Of a stretch of 64,000 nucleotides of DNA, positions 33,225 to 42,455 are shown one piece after another. The stretch is taken from the NCBI GenBank assembly GCA_029262695.1, contig JAJCYV010000042.1, forward strand, positions 6,518 through 70,517, read 5' to 3'. Position numbers and translations under genes: made by a program. Origin of the DNA: Chloroflexota bacterium. Lineage in GTDB: Bacteria; Chloroflexota; Dehalococcoidia; SM23-28-2; RBG-16-64-32. Position 1 is the stretch's first letter, and each line of letters starts with the position of its first letter. The notes under the pieces are model-generated. The model did no database searches. It was not told the origin of the DNA and was given only the letters and a program-made list of their open reading frames with translations.

Positions 33225-34430
33225 CTACGAAGGAACGACGACCGGCAGTCCGGCCCCGATTTCCGGACAACCCGGCGCTTTGTTCACCGTGAGACCGGCA
33301 TCGCTCCGCAGTACTTTGAGAGCGTCGACCGGATTGATGCCGCCGCCGCAGTCGACGTCGCCCCAGGCGAACAGTACCGACGCTGCTTTGATCTCGTGGC
33401 CCATGGCCGGGCAGCCGGGCGGCTGGCCGACGAACAGGCCGGAATCGAACTGCAGCAACTTGAGGCTGTCGACAGGGTTACTCTGGCCGCTGCAGTTGAC
33501 GTCCCCCCAGACAAACGTCACGACCAGCGGCGTAGCGGCTGCTGAGGGTGACGGCGGCGTGGGTGAGGCTGTGACGGTGACTGTGGGAGACGATGGCGGC
33601 GTTGGTGTTGGTGTTGGTGTCGGCGAGGCGGTGGGAGCCGGCGAGGTCGTGGGTGACGCTGTTGGAGTGGTCGTCGTCAGGCCGCATCCGGAGTAGCCGA
33701 ACGCCGGGTCGTGGTAAGCGTGGTTGACGCCGCAGGCATCCCACGGCTGGACGCCAGACTCGCCCGCGCCGCCGATGGAGACCGGGTCGATGCAGTCGTA
33801 AGCCATGACGGAGTGCGGTATCGGGCCGGTGTCGTCCATCCCGCAGTCGAACAGCTGCGACTCGGACGGGTCGGTGCTTTCGTGCGCCAGCGAGATGATG
33901 TGGCCCACTTCGTGCGAAAGGGTGGCGAGCCGGTCGTTGGCGGTGGCGTAGGGCGGGCCGTGAGCGTCGTCGCCGATCCAGACGATGCCGGAGTAGACGC
34001 TACACGAACCGAAGCACGGGTTGCCGCTGATGTCGTAGGTCGGAGCGATGCCCAGTACGCCAGGGTCGCCCGGCACCTCGTCCTCGATGTAGACGTTGAC
34101 GTCGAAGTCCGCGTCCTGCACGCCGTCGGTGTAGTCGAAGCGGACGGTCGTCGGCTGGCTGTTCCAGTCGGCGATCGAATCGGCGAAGGGGCCGTTCCAC
34201 TTCGCGCCGCAGGCCGCCGCGTCGCCGTCGCAGTTCAGCCAGACGTCGCTCGTGCCCAGGTCCATCCATGCGCCGAAATCGCCGTTGGGCTGATAGTGCC
34301 AGCGCTCCGGGAAGAGCTTCTTCTGCTGGTGGCCGGTGTGCGACTCGACCGGCCCGGCCACTGCGGCGAGGCCGATCGCAACGAAGGCCGCGATCACGAG
34401 CGCGCCGGCGACTCTCATCAGGACGCTCAT
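33225..34430 (-). CDS. Secreted metzincin-type zinc metalloprotease with PT linker and two C-terminal dockerin-like modules
   Basis: Distal 401 codons of track ORF 33225-35036, from MSVLMRVAGALVIAAF. HEVGHIISLAH (HExxHxxxxxH) plus an SVMAY Met-turn. Two copies of WGDV(N/D)C.G....VD.LK.L......GL......GCP..G. ATGA overlap with the upstream gene. Confidence 0.85.
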   Translation of the reverse strand: MSVLMRVAGALVIAAFVAIGLAAVAGPVESHTGHQQKKLFPERWHYQPNGDFGAWMDLGTSDVWLNCDGDAAACGAKWNGPFADSIADWNSQPTTVRFDYTDGVQDADFDVNVYIEDEVPGDPGVLGIAPTYDISGNPCFGSCSVYSGIVWIGDDAHGPPYATANDRLATLSHEVGHIISLAHESTDPSESQLFDCGMDDTGPIPHSVMAYDCIDPVSIGGAGESGVQPWDACGVNHAYHDPAFGYSGCGLTTTTPTASPTTSPAPTASPTPTPTPTPPSSPTVTVTASPTPPSPSAAATPLVVTFVWGDVNCSGQSNPVDSLKLLQFDSGLFVGQPPGCPAMGHEIKAASVLFAWGDVDCGGGINPVDALKVLRSDAGLTVNKAPGCPEIGAGLPVVVPS

Positions 34431-35032
34431 TGGCCGGCCAGCATTTCGATCGCCTCCGCCGGTGTGCGGCCGGCGAGGGCCCGAGAGGCGCCGGTGGCGT
34501 CCCAGCCGGCGGGCGCAGTGACCCGGCCGTCTGCGATCGGGAAGCGTGCGAACGCGGAGGCGCTGTACGTTTCGGGGCCGTCCTGCCTGGCGACAAACAC
34601 GTATCGATCGCCGACCGACATCGCCGTGTCGCCGGCCAGGAGGACGCGTACCTCGCCGCCTTTCGTCACGCCGCCGAACTGTTCGACCCTGACGACGGAG
34701 CCGGCGGCCGGTGCCCCGGCCGAGGCCTCGACGCGGACGAGGAATACGGAGACGGGGAGCGGCTGCTCGCGGCCGCGGCCGATCTGGACGTGCCGGCCCG
34801 CGCCTGTTCCGATTATCTCGCCGGTGAAGGACGCATCCATGGACGAGACGAGCGTATCGACGTCGTTCGCCAGCGCCGTGGCGTAGCGTGCCGCGACCCG
34901 CGCCACCGGCAGTCCGTCGGCGTCGCGCTCGATGCCGGGCGTGTCGCCGGACGAGCCGCAGCCTGCGAGCAGCGCGATCGCCAGCGCGGCGGCGATCAGC
35001 GCGCCCGGTCGCGCGCGAAGAAGATGCCTCAT
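34427..35032 (-). CDS. Lipoprotein of unknown function, translationally coupled to the metzincin
   Basis: Track ORF 34427-35110. ATG 35032 gives MRHLLRARPGALIAAALAIALLAGC (lipobox). TATACT lies exactly 6 nt upstream of that ATG. Confidence 0.78.
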   Translation of the reverse strand: MRHLLRARPGALIAAALAIALLAGCGSSGDTPGIERDADGLPVARVAARYATALANDVDTLVSSMDASFTGEIIGTGAGRHVQIGRGREQPLPVSVFLVRVEASAGAPAAGSVVRVEQFGGVTKGGEVRVLLAGDTAMSVGDRYVFVARQDGPETYSASAFARFPIADGRVTAPAGWDATGASRALAGRTPAEAIEMLAGQ

Positions 35033-35038
35033 GCACTC

Positions 35039-35044
35039 AGTATA
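35039..35044 (-). promoter_or_regulatory. -10 hexamer TATACT exactly 6 nt before ATG 35032 (leaderless-type start)
   Basis: The minus strand reads TATACT gagtgc ATG. Confidence 0.45.
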
Positions 35045-35117
35045 GTGTCGAGGCGGTCGCCGGGGAGACAGTGAACCGAGTGCGCGCCCCTGCCTGAGCC
35101 GATCGTTCATCGTGCAC

Positions 35118-35154
35118 CCTGACCTGTCACCTGAAACTTCACACCTGCTATCCT
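35118..35154. repeat. Degenerate heptamer array in reverse orientation (CCTGACC TGTCACC TGAAACT TCACACC) ending in -10-like TATCCT 6 nt before cinA ATG
   Basis: Read directly. TATCCT at 35149-35154, then cacgcc, then ATG 35161. Confidence 0.5.
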
Positions 35155-35160
35155 CACGCC

Positions 35161-36405
35161 ATGAAGGCCGAACTCATATCCGTGGGTACGGAGCTACTGC
35201 TCGGCGAGATCGTCGACACGAACGCCTCGTGGATCGCTTCGCGCCTGCCCCGCATCGGTCTCGATATCTACCACAAGTCCGTCGTCGGCGATAACCTCGA
35301 GCGCATTGTCGACACGCTCGAACGGGCGCTCACGCGGTCCGATGTGGTGATCATGACCGGTGGCCTGGGCCCGACGGAAGACGACCTGACTCGCGAAGCG
35401 ATCGCCGAGGCGCTGGGCGAAGAGATGTTCGTCGATCCGGACAGGGAGCGCGCTCTGCGTGCCTTCTTCGCCGCGCGCGGAGTCGACTTCGCGGAGTCCA
35501 ACGTGAAGCAGGCGAAGCTGATACCGTCCGCGAGCGCTCTCGCCAACCCGCGGGGCACGGCGCCCGGCTGGTTCGTCGAGAAGAACCGTGCCGAGGGCGA
35601 CCGCTACATCATCGCTATGCCTGGCGTTCCGGCGGAGATGTACCGCATGTGGGAGAACGAGGTGGCGCCGCGCCTGCGCGAGATGACGGGCGAGGTGCTG
35701 ATCACGCGCGTCCTCAAGACCGCCGCTGTCTCGGAGGCGAAGATCGACGAGATGCTCTCGCCGTTGCTCAAGTCGACGAACCCGAGCGTCGGCATCTACG
35801 CCAAGATCGACGGCGTCCACGCCCGCATCGGCGCCAAGGCGGCGACGGAGGACGAGGCGTACGCCCTCATCGCCCCGGTCGAAGAGAAGGCGCGTCGCAT
35901 CCTCGGCCCGGCCGTCTGGGGCGCCGACGAGGAGACGCTGGAGGGGGCGATCGGCAAGATGCTCCGCGAGCGCGGTCAGACGGTGGCGACGATGGAGTCC
36001 TGCACGGGCGGCCTGCTCTCGTCAGCGATCACGGACGTCGACGGCTCGTCCGACTACTTCAAGGGCGGATACATCGCCTACACGGCGGAGCTGAAGGTCG
36101 CGCTCGGCGTGGACCGGGCGATCATCGACGAGCACGGCGTCATCAGCAGCGAGACCGCCGGCGAGATGGCGCGGGCCGCCCGCGAGGCGCTTGGTGCGGA
36201 CTACGGCGTCGGCGTCACGGGCATCGTCGGGCCGGACGCGGTTGAGGGCAAGGCGCCGGGCACGATCCACATCGCGGTCCACGACGGCACGCGCGCTGAG
36301 GCGATCACGTACACGTACAACCAGGGCCGCGTTGTGAACAAGCGCAGGGCGGTCAACACGTCGCTGTTCCTGCTGCGGCGGACGCTGCTTGTGGCTGGCG
36401 CCTGA
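35161..36405 (+). CDS. cinA: Competence/damage-inducible protein CinA (MoCF-binding plus NMN deamidase domains)
   Basis: 414 aa. MKAELISVGTELLLGEIVDTNASWIASRL and C-terminal ESCTGGLL...GVTGIVGP. Confidence 0.94.
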   Translation: MKAELISVGTELLLGEIVDTNASWIASRLPRIGLDIYHKSVVGDNLERIVDTLERALTRSDVVIMTGGLGPTEDDLTREAIAEALGEEMFVDPDRERALRAFFAARGVDFAESNVKQAKLIPSASALANPRGTAPGWFVEKNRAEGDRYIIAMPGVPAEMYRMWENEVAPRLREMTGEVLITRVLKTAAVSEAKIDEMLSPLLKSTNPSVGIYAKIDGVHARIGAKAATEDEAYALIAPVEEKARRILGPAVWGADEETLEGAIGKMLRERGQTVATMESCTGGLLSSAITDVDGSSDYFKGGYIAYTAELKVALGVDRAIIDEHGVISSETAGEMARAAREALGADYGVGVTGIVGPDAVEGKAPGTIHIAVHDGTRAEAITYTYNQGRVVNKRRAVNTSLFLLRRTLLVAGA

Positions 36406-36445
36406 CATTTCGCTCGAACGGCTGTACCATCTCTGCGGGTGATCC

Positions 36446-38068
36446 ATGCGCTACGTTGTGCCCGTCCTGGCCGCCATCGTCGTTTCCCTCGCCGCCTGTG
36501 GTGACGATGGGGATGCGCCGACTCCGTCGCCGACTGTATCGGCGAGCCCATCGCCGGCACCGACGCCGTGGTCGGGCTCGGCAGACCAAAGTGAAACTTG
36601 CCGATTCCACCTCAATTCGGACAACCCCAATGACCCTTCGCACCTGTCTGTTGGTGTTGTCGGTGACTACCTCTGCTGGGAGCAGTTCCCCGAGGCGGCA
36701 GAGTATGTCGTTGAATTCATCTACGCATATACGAATTGTGGTGCTACCAGGCGCACTCAGGACATCGCTGAGACCCATCCAGCAGGTGTCGCCTGGACGC
36801 GCCTGCCGGAGTTGCCGCTCACAGGGCATCCGTTCCTGCACAAGATTGTTGCCGGGGTGGTAGCACGGGACGGTGAAGGCCAGATCGTCGGTGAAGGCGG
36901 CGCGGGAAGTCGCATCGAAGTGAATCTCAGCGAGTTCTGCGGGGGCCCGGCACCGCCGCCAATGCCGATACCGGTCGGGGCAACTCCAGATGGCGCCTGG
37001 TCAGATTGTCCGGCAGTCGTATCGGCGGATCTCGAGGCGGGGCTCCACGTGATGGACGTGGAGAGCTGCGGGCTCGTTCGCATCTACGAAGCCGACGACG
37101 CCTATGGGATGAGTTGGTCGCCAAATGGAGTGTATCTGGCCTTTCTCAGGAATCAGGGAGACGTGTTTCCCGTTAATGGTACAGGGGCCGAATCGGATCT
37201 CTTCCTGATCCGCGCGGATGGCTCCCAGGGCTTCCAGCTGACCGACTCACCGGGCGTTCGCGAAGCACCTCCGGTCTGGTCGCCGGATGGTAGCAAGCTC
37301 GCATACGGCGTCGTCCTAGGGAGCGATCCTCTTGGGGGCTATGATCTGATCGTTCACGACATTGGAAATGGACATCGGGCCACAGTCGCGCGTGATATCC
37401 CGTGCCTGCAGAGCTATGAATGGGTGCCGAGCGGAGATCAGATCATCCTTTCGGCTGGATGCGGCGACGACGAGCCGTACGCTGCGCTTCTTGACCTCGA
37501 ATCCGGTGAGACCTTGGTTATTCCCGGCGTCGATTCAGTGTTGGCCGTTCAGCCGAACGGCGATCTGGTCGCATTTAGATGTGATCCCAACGACCCGGGG
37601 ATTCTGTATCAGAGGGGGCTGTGCATTGGGCGGCTCGACGGTTCGGAGCCCTCTTTTCCGCTCACGCTGGCTGCGTTCCCGTGGCGCGATACAGAAACAT
37701 CCATGCAGCACGATCCGATAGTGGCGTACGACGCCGAGTGGACGCGCGATGGCTCCCAGCTCGCCATCCTCAGTTCGAAACAACGCGGCCTCTTTCTTTT
37801 GCCCGCAGACGGTGGGCCGGGCACTACGGTTGACCCCTGGCCCTACGAGTTCCTGTATTGGGCAGCGGACGATGTCGTCGTTACATCGGGTTGTAAGAGC
37901 AGCGGGGTAATCCCCTGCGGCCCCTCCGCTCTGACCAGCTACCGGCTCGACACGAATGAGACATGGGAAGCGCTAATACACAGTTGCGGCTCCGGCGGTG
38001 GGGTCTGGTCTCTTGACGGATCGCAGCTAGCGATTATCAGGAAGGCAAAACCCGGTTCGTGTCACTAA
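36446..38068 (+). CDS. Lipoprotein with TolB-like (PD40/WD40-like) beta-propeller repeats
   Basis: 540 aa. Lipobox VVSLAAC. Repeated WSPDGSKLAY / WSPNGVYLAF / WTRDGSQLAI / WSLDGSQLAI motifs. Noticeably lower G+C than its neighbours. Confidence 0.85.
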   Translation: MRYVVPVLAAIVVSLAACGDDGDAPTPSPTVSASPSPAPTPWSGSADQSETCRFHLNSDNPNDPSHLSVGVVGDYLCWEQFPEAAEYVVEFIYAYTNCGATRRTQDIAETHPAGVAWTRLPELPLTGHPFLHKIVAGVVARDGEGQIVGEGGAGSRIEVNLSEFCGGPAPPPMPIPVGATPDGAWSDCPAVVSADLEAGLHVMDVESCGLVRIYEADDAYGMSWSPNGVYLAFLRNQGDVFPVNGTGAESDLFLIRADGSQGFQLTDSPGVREAPPVWSPDGSKLAYGVVLGSDPLGGYDLIVHDIGNGHRATVARDIPCLQSYEWVPSGDQIILSAGCGDDEPYAALLDLESGETLVIPGVDSVLAVQPNGDLVAFRCDPNDPGILYQRGLCIGRLDGSEPSFPLTLAAFPWRDTETSMQHDPIVAYDAEWTRDGSQLAILSSKQRGLFLLPADGGPGTTVDPWPYEFLYWAADDVVVTSGCKSSGVIPCGPSALTSYRLDTNETWEALIHSCGSGGGVWSLDGSQLAIIRKAKPGSCH

Positions 38069-38077
38069 GCGGCGCCC

Positions 38078-41000
38078 CTACGCGGTTAGCTGGCGGTAGA
38101 GGGTGGTGATGCGGGAGGGGAGGGATTCGATGTCGGGGACGACTTCGTAGCCGATGTCCTGGCACATCTGCTTCAGGTAGTCGTGGCCGTAGCGGTCGAC
38201 GGTGAGGCAGAAGGGGACCATGCCCTTGCGCTTGGCCTCCATCAGCGCCATGTGCGTGTCGTGGATCGCGTACTCCTTCTCGGTGCGGTCGCGGCCGTAG
38301 CCGTGGTCCTGCGGGCGGCCGTCGGAGACGAGGAAGAGGATGCGCACCTTTGAGTCGTGCTCCTCCAGCTTCGCGGTGGCGTGGCGGATGGCCGGGCCCA
38401 TGCGCGTGCTGCGCACCGGGGCGATCTTGTCGATGCGCTTCTTGACGTGATCGTTCAGCAGCTCCTCGAGGTCCTTGACGATGTAGAACTCCACGTTGTC
38501 GCGGCCGTAGCCGGAGAAGCCGTAGATGCCGTAGTCGTCGCCGATCGCTTCGAGGGCTTTGATCAGGAGGACGATGCTCTCTTTTTCGATGTCGATGATG
38601 CGCTTGGGCGGCGTCATCAGCTCCTGGGCGCGTCGCGCCATCCACCACGAGAAGTAGCGGCGCGGGTCGTCGTCGAAGTCGTCCTGCTGGTAGCGGCGCT
38701 CGTGCTTGGCGATCTCCTCGTCCGTGGAGGCGCTCATGTCCAGGAGGAAGGCGACGCTGACGTCGCGCTCGATCTTGTTGCGGCGCCAGTAGATCTTGTC
38801 GTTCGGCGTCACGCGCGCCCGGCGTTCGACGGCGAAGTCAGTGACCGCGTCGAAGTCCACGTCTTCGCCGTCCAGCAGGCGCTTGATCTTGCGGTACATC
38901 TCCGGGCGCAGCAGCTCGAACTGGCGCTGCGTCTGCCCGACGAGCGACGAGTACTTTGACAGCGTCTGCTCGTAGTACGTGGTCTGGCCTTCCGCCACGG
39001 GGTACTCGACGATGCGGCACCAGCGCGGGCGATAGTCGCCGGCACGGAAGTCCCACTCGTCGTAGAAGAAGTACTTTGGCTCGACCGGTAGCTCGTGGTC
39101 ATCGTCGCCAGTGCTCATGCCGGTGACCGGCTGGCCGTCTTCCATGGGGACCGGCTGCTCCTTGCCGGGCTGCTGGTCCTGCTGCTGGTTGAGTTCCTTG
39201 ATGAGGTTGGTGAGGAACAGCTCCGACGACTGCGTGAGGTCGGCCTGGGCCATGTCGGCGATCGTGATCTCGACGCTCTTCTCCAGCATCTGCTTGAGCT
39301 GCTCCGGGGAGATCGGGGAGGCCTGACCCTTTTCGTTCCGTTCCTGGCGCAGCTTCATCAGCATCTGCACGGTCTCCGGCTTGAACTCGCCGCGGAAGTC
39401 TACGGGCTTTGGGCTCTCGTAGGGCATCGGTTCGCCCTGCGGCATGTCGACCTGGGCGTCGTCGCCAAGTGAGTCGGCTGACATCGGCGAGACGTTCAGG
39501 TCCTCCTCGCCCATCTCGACCCAGTCCTCCATCATCTCCGGCACGACGTTCGGGATGCTGTCCGCCAGCCGGTAGAGGCGCAGCGTCGCTTCGGCGGAGT
39601 CCTCCACGAGGGCCTGCGGTTGCTGCAGTGTCTCCAGCACGCCGATGGCGTCGGCCATGATCTGGATCAGCTGCTCCGGCCAGAGGATACGGTCCATTCC
39701 GCCCAGGCTGGCGCGCACGAGGTTCTCGACGAACGCTTGCCGCAGCGGCAGCCGGTTCGCCTCCGGGCGCCTGTCCAGTTCGCGCGACTGCCGGTCGCCG
39801 TAGGGGCTGCGGATGCCGCCGTATTCGCGGTTGATGAGCACGTCGATCCGCGCGTCCTCGACGATTGCGAAGAGGTCGGACGCGAGCTTGCGGTCGGCGA
39901 AGATGTCGAAGAAGCGCTCCATGTCGGTGAGCGGCCCGTGCGGAGGCGAGACCTCGCCCGGGGCGTCCACGTGGCCGTCGGTGTCGAGCGGTGGCGCTGG
40001 TTCGGGCGGGGGTCGCTCCGCCTCTGCGGTGGCCCGCTCGGCCGGGAAGACCGTGCCTTCGCGCTCGAACTCGAATTCGAAGGTGCCGAACTCAAGGTGG
40101 CCGGCCTGGTGCGTGCAGTAGACCTTGTAGACGCCGAAGTTGCGGGTCTTCTCCTGGAACTCTTCGACGTGCGGGGGCAGGAAGATGGCGCTGCCTTCGG
40201 TGGACGGTGAGTCGCCCTCCACCCAGCCGATGCCCTTCTCTGCCAGCGCCTCCGACGAGTGCACCGCGACGTCGACGCCGGTGAGCGCCTTGCCGTACAT
40301 GCGCAGGATGTCGGCGACACGGCTCAGCTCGACTCGCGACGAGAGCGCCTCCAGCACCTCCTCGCCGCGGCTGGACTCCATGCGGAAGTAGGCCTCGCCG
40401 CCGTCTGCGCTCTGGTCGAGCAGCGTGCTGCCTTCGGCGTGCCATTCGGCGATCGTCTCGACGGGGATGCGCTCGAGGGCCGTCGATGCCGTCTTCAGGA
40501 ACTCCATCGCGGCCAGCGGCGAGCGCTCCACGAGCTCTTCCGCCAGCGAGAGCAGCAGTCCGTGAGACTCCTGGTCGACCTGCGCCAGCGCGCGCGAGGA
40601 CTCGGCGAAGAAGGCGAACGCCTGGCGGCCCTCGCGGCGCGCCAGTTCGCGCGCCAGGTTGAGGAACCGTCCGCGCTGCATCGCCTGTATGTTGGCCAGC
40701 AGCGACGGCCCCTTTTCCAGGTACGAGCGCGCGTCCGCCCAGCCGGTGGAGGCGAGCGCCTCGGCGAACGTCAGGAACGCGGCGCGGTCATCGCCCTCCA
40801 GCGGTTCGAGCGCCTGGCCGGCGATCGTCAGGCAGTGGGAGGCGAGGTCGTAGGAGCGGTCGCAGAGCGCATCGACGAAGCGGACGAGCACGCGCGCCTC
40901 GCCGGCGCTGAGTCTGGCGAAGAGCGCCGGGCTGCCGTCGAAGAACTGCACGGCGAGAGAGGCCGAGCGCCACGTGCCCTTGTAGAGCAAGCGGCCCAGG

Positions 41001-41374
41001 CCGACCCAGTCGCCGATGCGCGCGGGTGTGATGGCGGGCAACGTGGCCGGCGAGGCGCGAAAGAAGGATGCGGCCAGCGCGGACGATAGCTCTGCCAGTT
41101 CGCGGCCGTGCTGCGCCCAGCGCGTGAAGCCATCGCTGCCCAGGAGAGGCAGCACCTGCGGCGTCACGCGGTAATACTCGCCGGCAGCTTCCCAGGAGCG
41201 CCACGATTGCCGCGCCAGTTCCAGGCCTTCTTCGGCCCAGGCGCGCAGCTCGTCGTCGCTCATGAGGTCGCCGATCTCGTCGGTGGCGCGGCGGAATTCC
41301 GCAACGAGACTCGTCGAGAACGGCGTGAGCTGCTTCTCGTACGAGGAGTAGAGGCGTTTGCGTCCGCTAGTCAT
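38078..41374 (-). CDS. Large VWA-domain protein, NorD/CbbO-like partner of the adjacent AAA+ ATPase
   Basis: 1098 aa. C-terminal VWA domain with MIDAS-type FLLDMSASTD...ILFLVSDGRP. Long helical N-terminal region and an acidic linker. 70 nt downstream of the cbbQ/norQ-type gene. Confidence 0.88.
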   Translation of the reverse strand: MTSGRKRLYSSYEKQLTPFSTSLVAEFRRATDEIGDLMSDDELRAWAEEGLELARQSWRSWEAAGEYYRVTPQVLPLLGSDGFTRWAQHGRELAELSSALAASFFRASPATLPAITPARIGDWVGLGRLLYKGTWRSASLAVQFFDGSPALFARLSAGEARVLVRFVDALCDRSYDLASHCLTIAGQALEPLEGDDRAAFLTFAEALASTGWADARSYLEKGPSLLANIQAMQRGRFLNLARELARREGRQAFAFFAESSRALAQVDQESHGLLLSLAEELVERSPLAAMEFLKTASTALERIPVETIAEWHAEGSTLLDQSADGGEAYFRMESSRGEEVLEALSSRVELSRVADILRMYGKALTGVDVAVHSSEALAEKGIGWVEGDSPSTEGSAIFLPPHVEEFQEKTRNFGVYKVYCTHQAGHLEFGTFEFEFEREGTVFPAERATAEAERPPPEPAPPLDTDGHVDAPGEVSPPHGPLTDMERFFDIFADRKLASDLFAIVEDARIDVLINREYGGIRSPYGDRQSRELDRRPEANRLPLRQAFVENLVRASLGGMDRILWPEQLIQIMADAIGVLETLQQPQALVEDSAEATLRLYRLADSIPNVVPEMMEDWVEMGEEDLNVSPMSADSLGDDAQVDMPQGEPMPYESPKPVDFRGEFKPETVQMLMKLRQERNEKGQASPISPEQLKQMLEKSVEITIADMAQADLTQSSELFLTNLIKELNQQQDQQPGKEQPVPMEDGQPVTGMSTGDDDHELPVEPKYFFYDEWDFRAGDYRPRWCRIVEYPVAEGQTTYYEQTLSKYSSLVGQTQRQFELLRPEMYRKIKRLLDGEDVDFDAVTDFAVERRARVTPNDKIYWRRNKIERDVSVAFLLDMSASTDEEIAKHERRYQQDDFDDDPRRYFSWWMARRAQELMTPPKRIIDIEKESIVLLIKALEAIGDDYGIYGFSGYGRDNVEFYIVKDLEELLNDHVKKRIDKIAPVRSTRMGPAIRHATAKLEEHDSKVRILFLVSDGRPQDHGYGRDRTEKEYAIHDTHMALMEAKRKGMVPFCLTVDRYGHDYLKQMCQDIGYEVVPDIESLPSRITTLYRQLTA

Positions 41375-41425
41375 CGGCGTTCACTCTGGGAAAGGAGGGT
41401 GCATCCCGCTTGACGTTACGAGTTG

Positions 41426-41442
41426 GGGCGCGCATGGCGCCC
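41426..41442. repeat. Palindrome GGGCGC-gcatg-GCGCCC between the ATPase and VWA genes
   Basis: Read directly. Abuts the stop of the ATPase gene (41444). Confidence 0.5.
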
Positions 41443-41443
41443 G

Positions 41444-42331
41444 CTACTCGAAGATCGAAGAGATCACCTCTTCGATGCTGCGCTGGACGTCGGCGTCGTC
41501 GGTCAGCGCCCAGGTCACGGCCACCTGGCAGGCGCGGCGCGCGCTGATGCCTTCGCGGATCAGCCTGCCGGCGTAGATCAGGAGGCGCGTGCTGACGCCT
41601 TCCGCCAGGCCGTGCTCCTTGAGGTGGCGCACCTTCTCGCCCAGCTTCGCCAGCTCGCCGGCGATGGCCTCGGAGACGTTCGCTTCTTTGGCGATGATCT
41701 TCGATTCCAGGTCGCGGGGCGGGTATCCGAACTCGATCGCCATGAAGCGCTGGCGGGTGCTGTGCTTCAGGTCCTTGAGGGCGCTCTGGTAGCCGGGGTT
41801 GTAGGAGATGACGAGGACGAAGCCGTCGCGCGCCTCGACGATCTGGCCGAGCTTCTCGATCGGCAGCAGGCGGCGGTGGTCGGTGAGGGGGTGGATGAGG
41901 ACTGTGGTGTCCTTGCGCGCCTCCACGATCTCGTCGAGATAGCAGATCGCGCCGACCTTCGCCGCGCGGGTCAGCGGGCCGTCGACCCAGCGCGTCGAGT
42001 CGCCCTCCAGCAGGTAGCGGCCGACGAGGTCGGATGCGGTGAGGTCTTCGTGGCAGGCGACGGTCACGAGCGGCCGGCCGGACTCTTCGCCGTTGTTGGA
42101 GCCGTCGGCGGAGTTGCGCATCACGGTCACGGGGCGGCCGAGCTTGAACGCCATGTACTCCACGAAGCGGGTCTTGCCGCAGCCGGTCGGACCCTTGAGG
42201 AGAACGGGGATCTTCTCCGCGTAAGCCGCCTCGAAGAGCGCTACTTCGTCGTTTAGAGGCTCGTAGTACGGCTCCGACGTGACGATGTACTCTTCAATGG
42301 CGTACTGGCGGTGAGTTGATTCGGTCGTCAT
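41444..42331 (-). CDS. CbbQ/NirQ/NorQ/GvpN-family MoxR-type AAA+ ATPase
   Basis: 295 aa. Walker [12 protein letters not shown], Walker [12 protein letters not shown], and [16 protein letters not shown]. Confidence 0.93.
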   Translation of the reverse strand: MTTESTHRQYAIEEYIVTSEPYYEPLNDEVALFEAAYAEKIPVLLKGPTGCGKTRFVEYMAFKLGRPVTVMRNSADGSNNGEESGRPLVTVACHEDLTASDLVGRYLLEGDSTRWVDGPLTRAAKVGAICYLDEIVEARKDTTVLIHPLTDHRRLLPIEKLGQIVEARDGFVLVISYNPGYQSALKDLKHSTRQRFMAIEFGYPPRDLESKIIAKEANVSEAIAGELAKLGEKVRHLKEHGLAEGVSTRLLIYAGRLIREGISARRACQVAVTWALTDDADVQRSIEEVISSIFE

Positions 42332-42383
42332 TTAGTGTCCCCTCAGGCAGTTTGTTCTTGTTCTAGCATACATGGGGGTGCAC

Positions 42384-42455
42384 GGAATATGGAACTTGGA
42401 GCATGGAACACGGAACCTGGGGATGGGCGTGTCCGCTACGTGTTCCTAGTTCCCT
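42384..42455 (+). repeat. Heptamer array GGAATAT GGAACTT GGAGCAT GGAACAC GGAACCT GGGGATG followed by inverted GTTCCTA GTTCCCT
   Basis: Read directly. Lies upstream of the ATPase gene. The inverted units overlap the coaE stop (42446). Confidence 0.85.

Noticed and set aside
34431-35036. N-terminal 202 codons of track ORF 33225-35036, and the overlapping + strand ORFs 33711-34886 and 34268-35074.
   Set aside because: The composition is Arg-rich nonsense and the frame overlaps the well-formed lipoprotein gene. A signal peptide begins at the internal ATG 34430, which overlaps the lipoprotein stop (ATGA).
38078-42331. Assigning the AAA+/VWA pair as RuBisCO activase (CbbQO) or NO-reductase activator (NorQD).
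   Set aside because: No RuBisCO, NOR or other client gene is present in the window. The family assignment is safe but the specific function is not.
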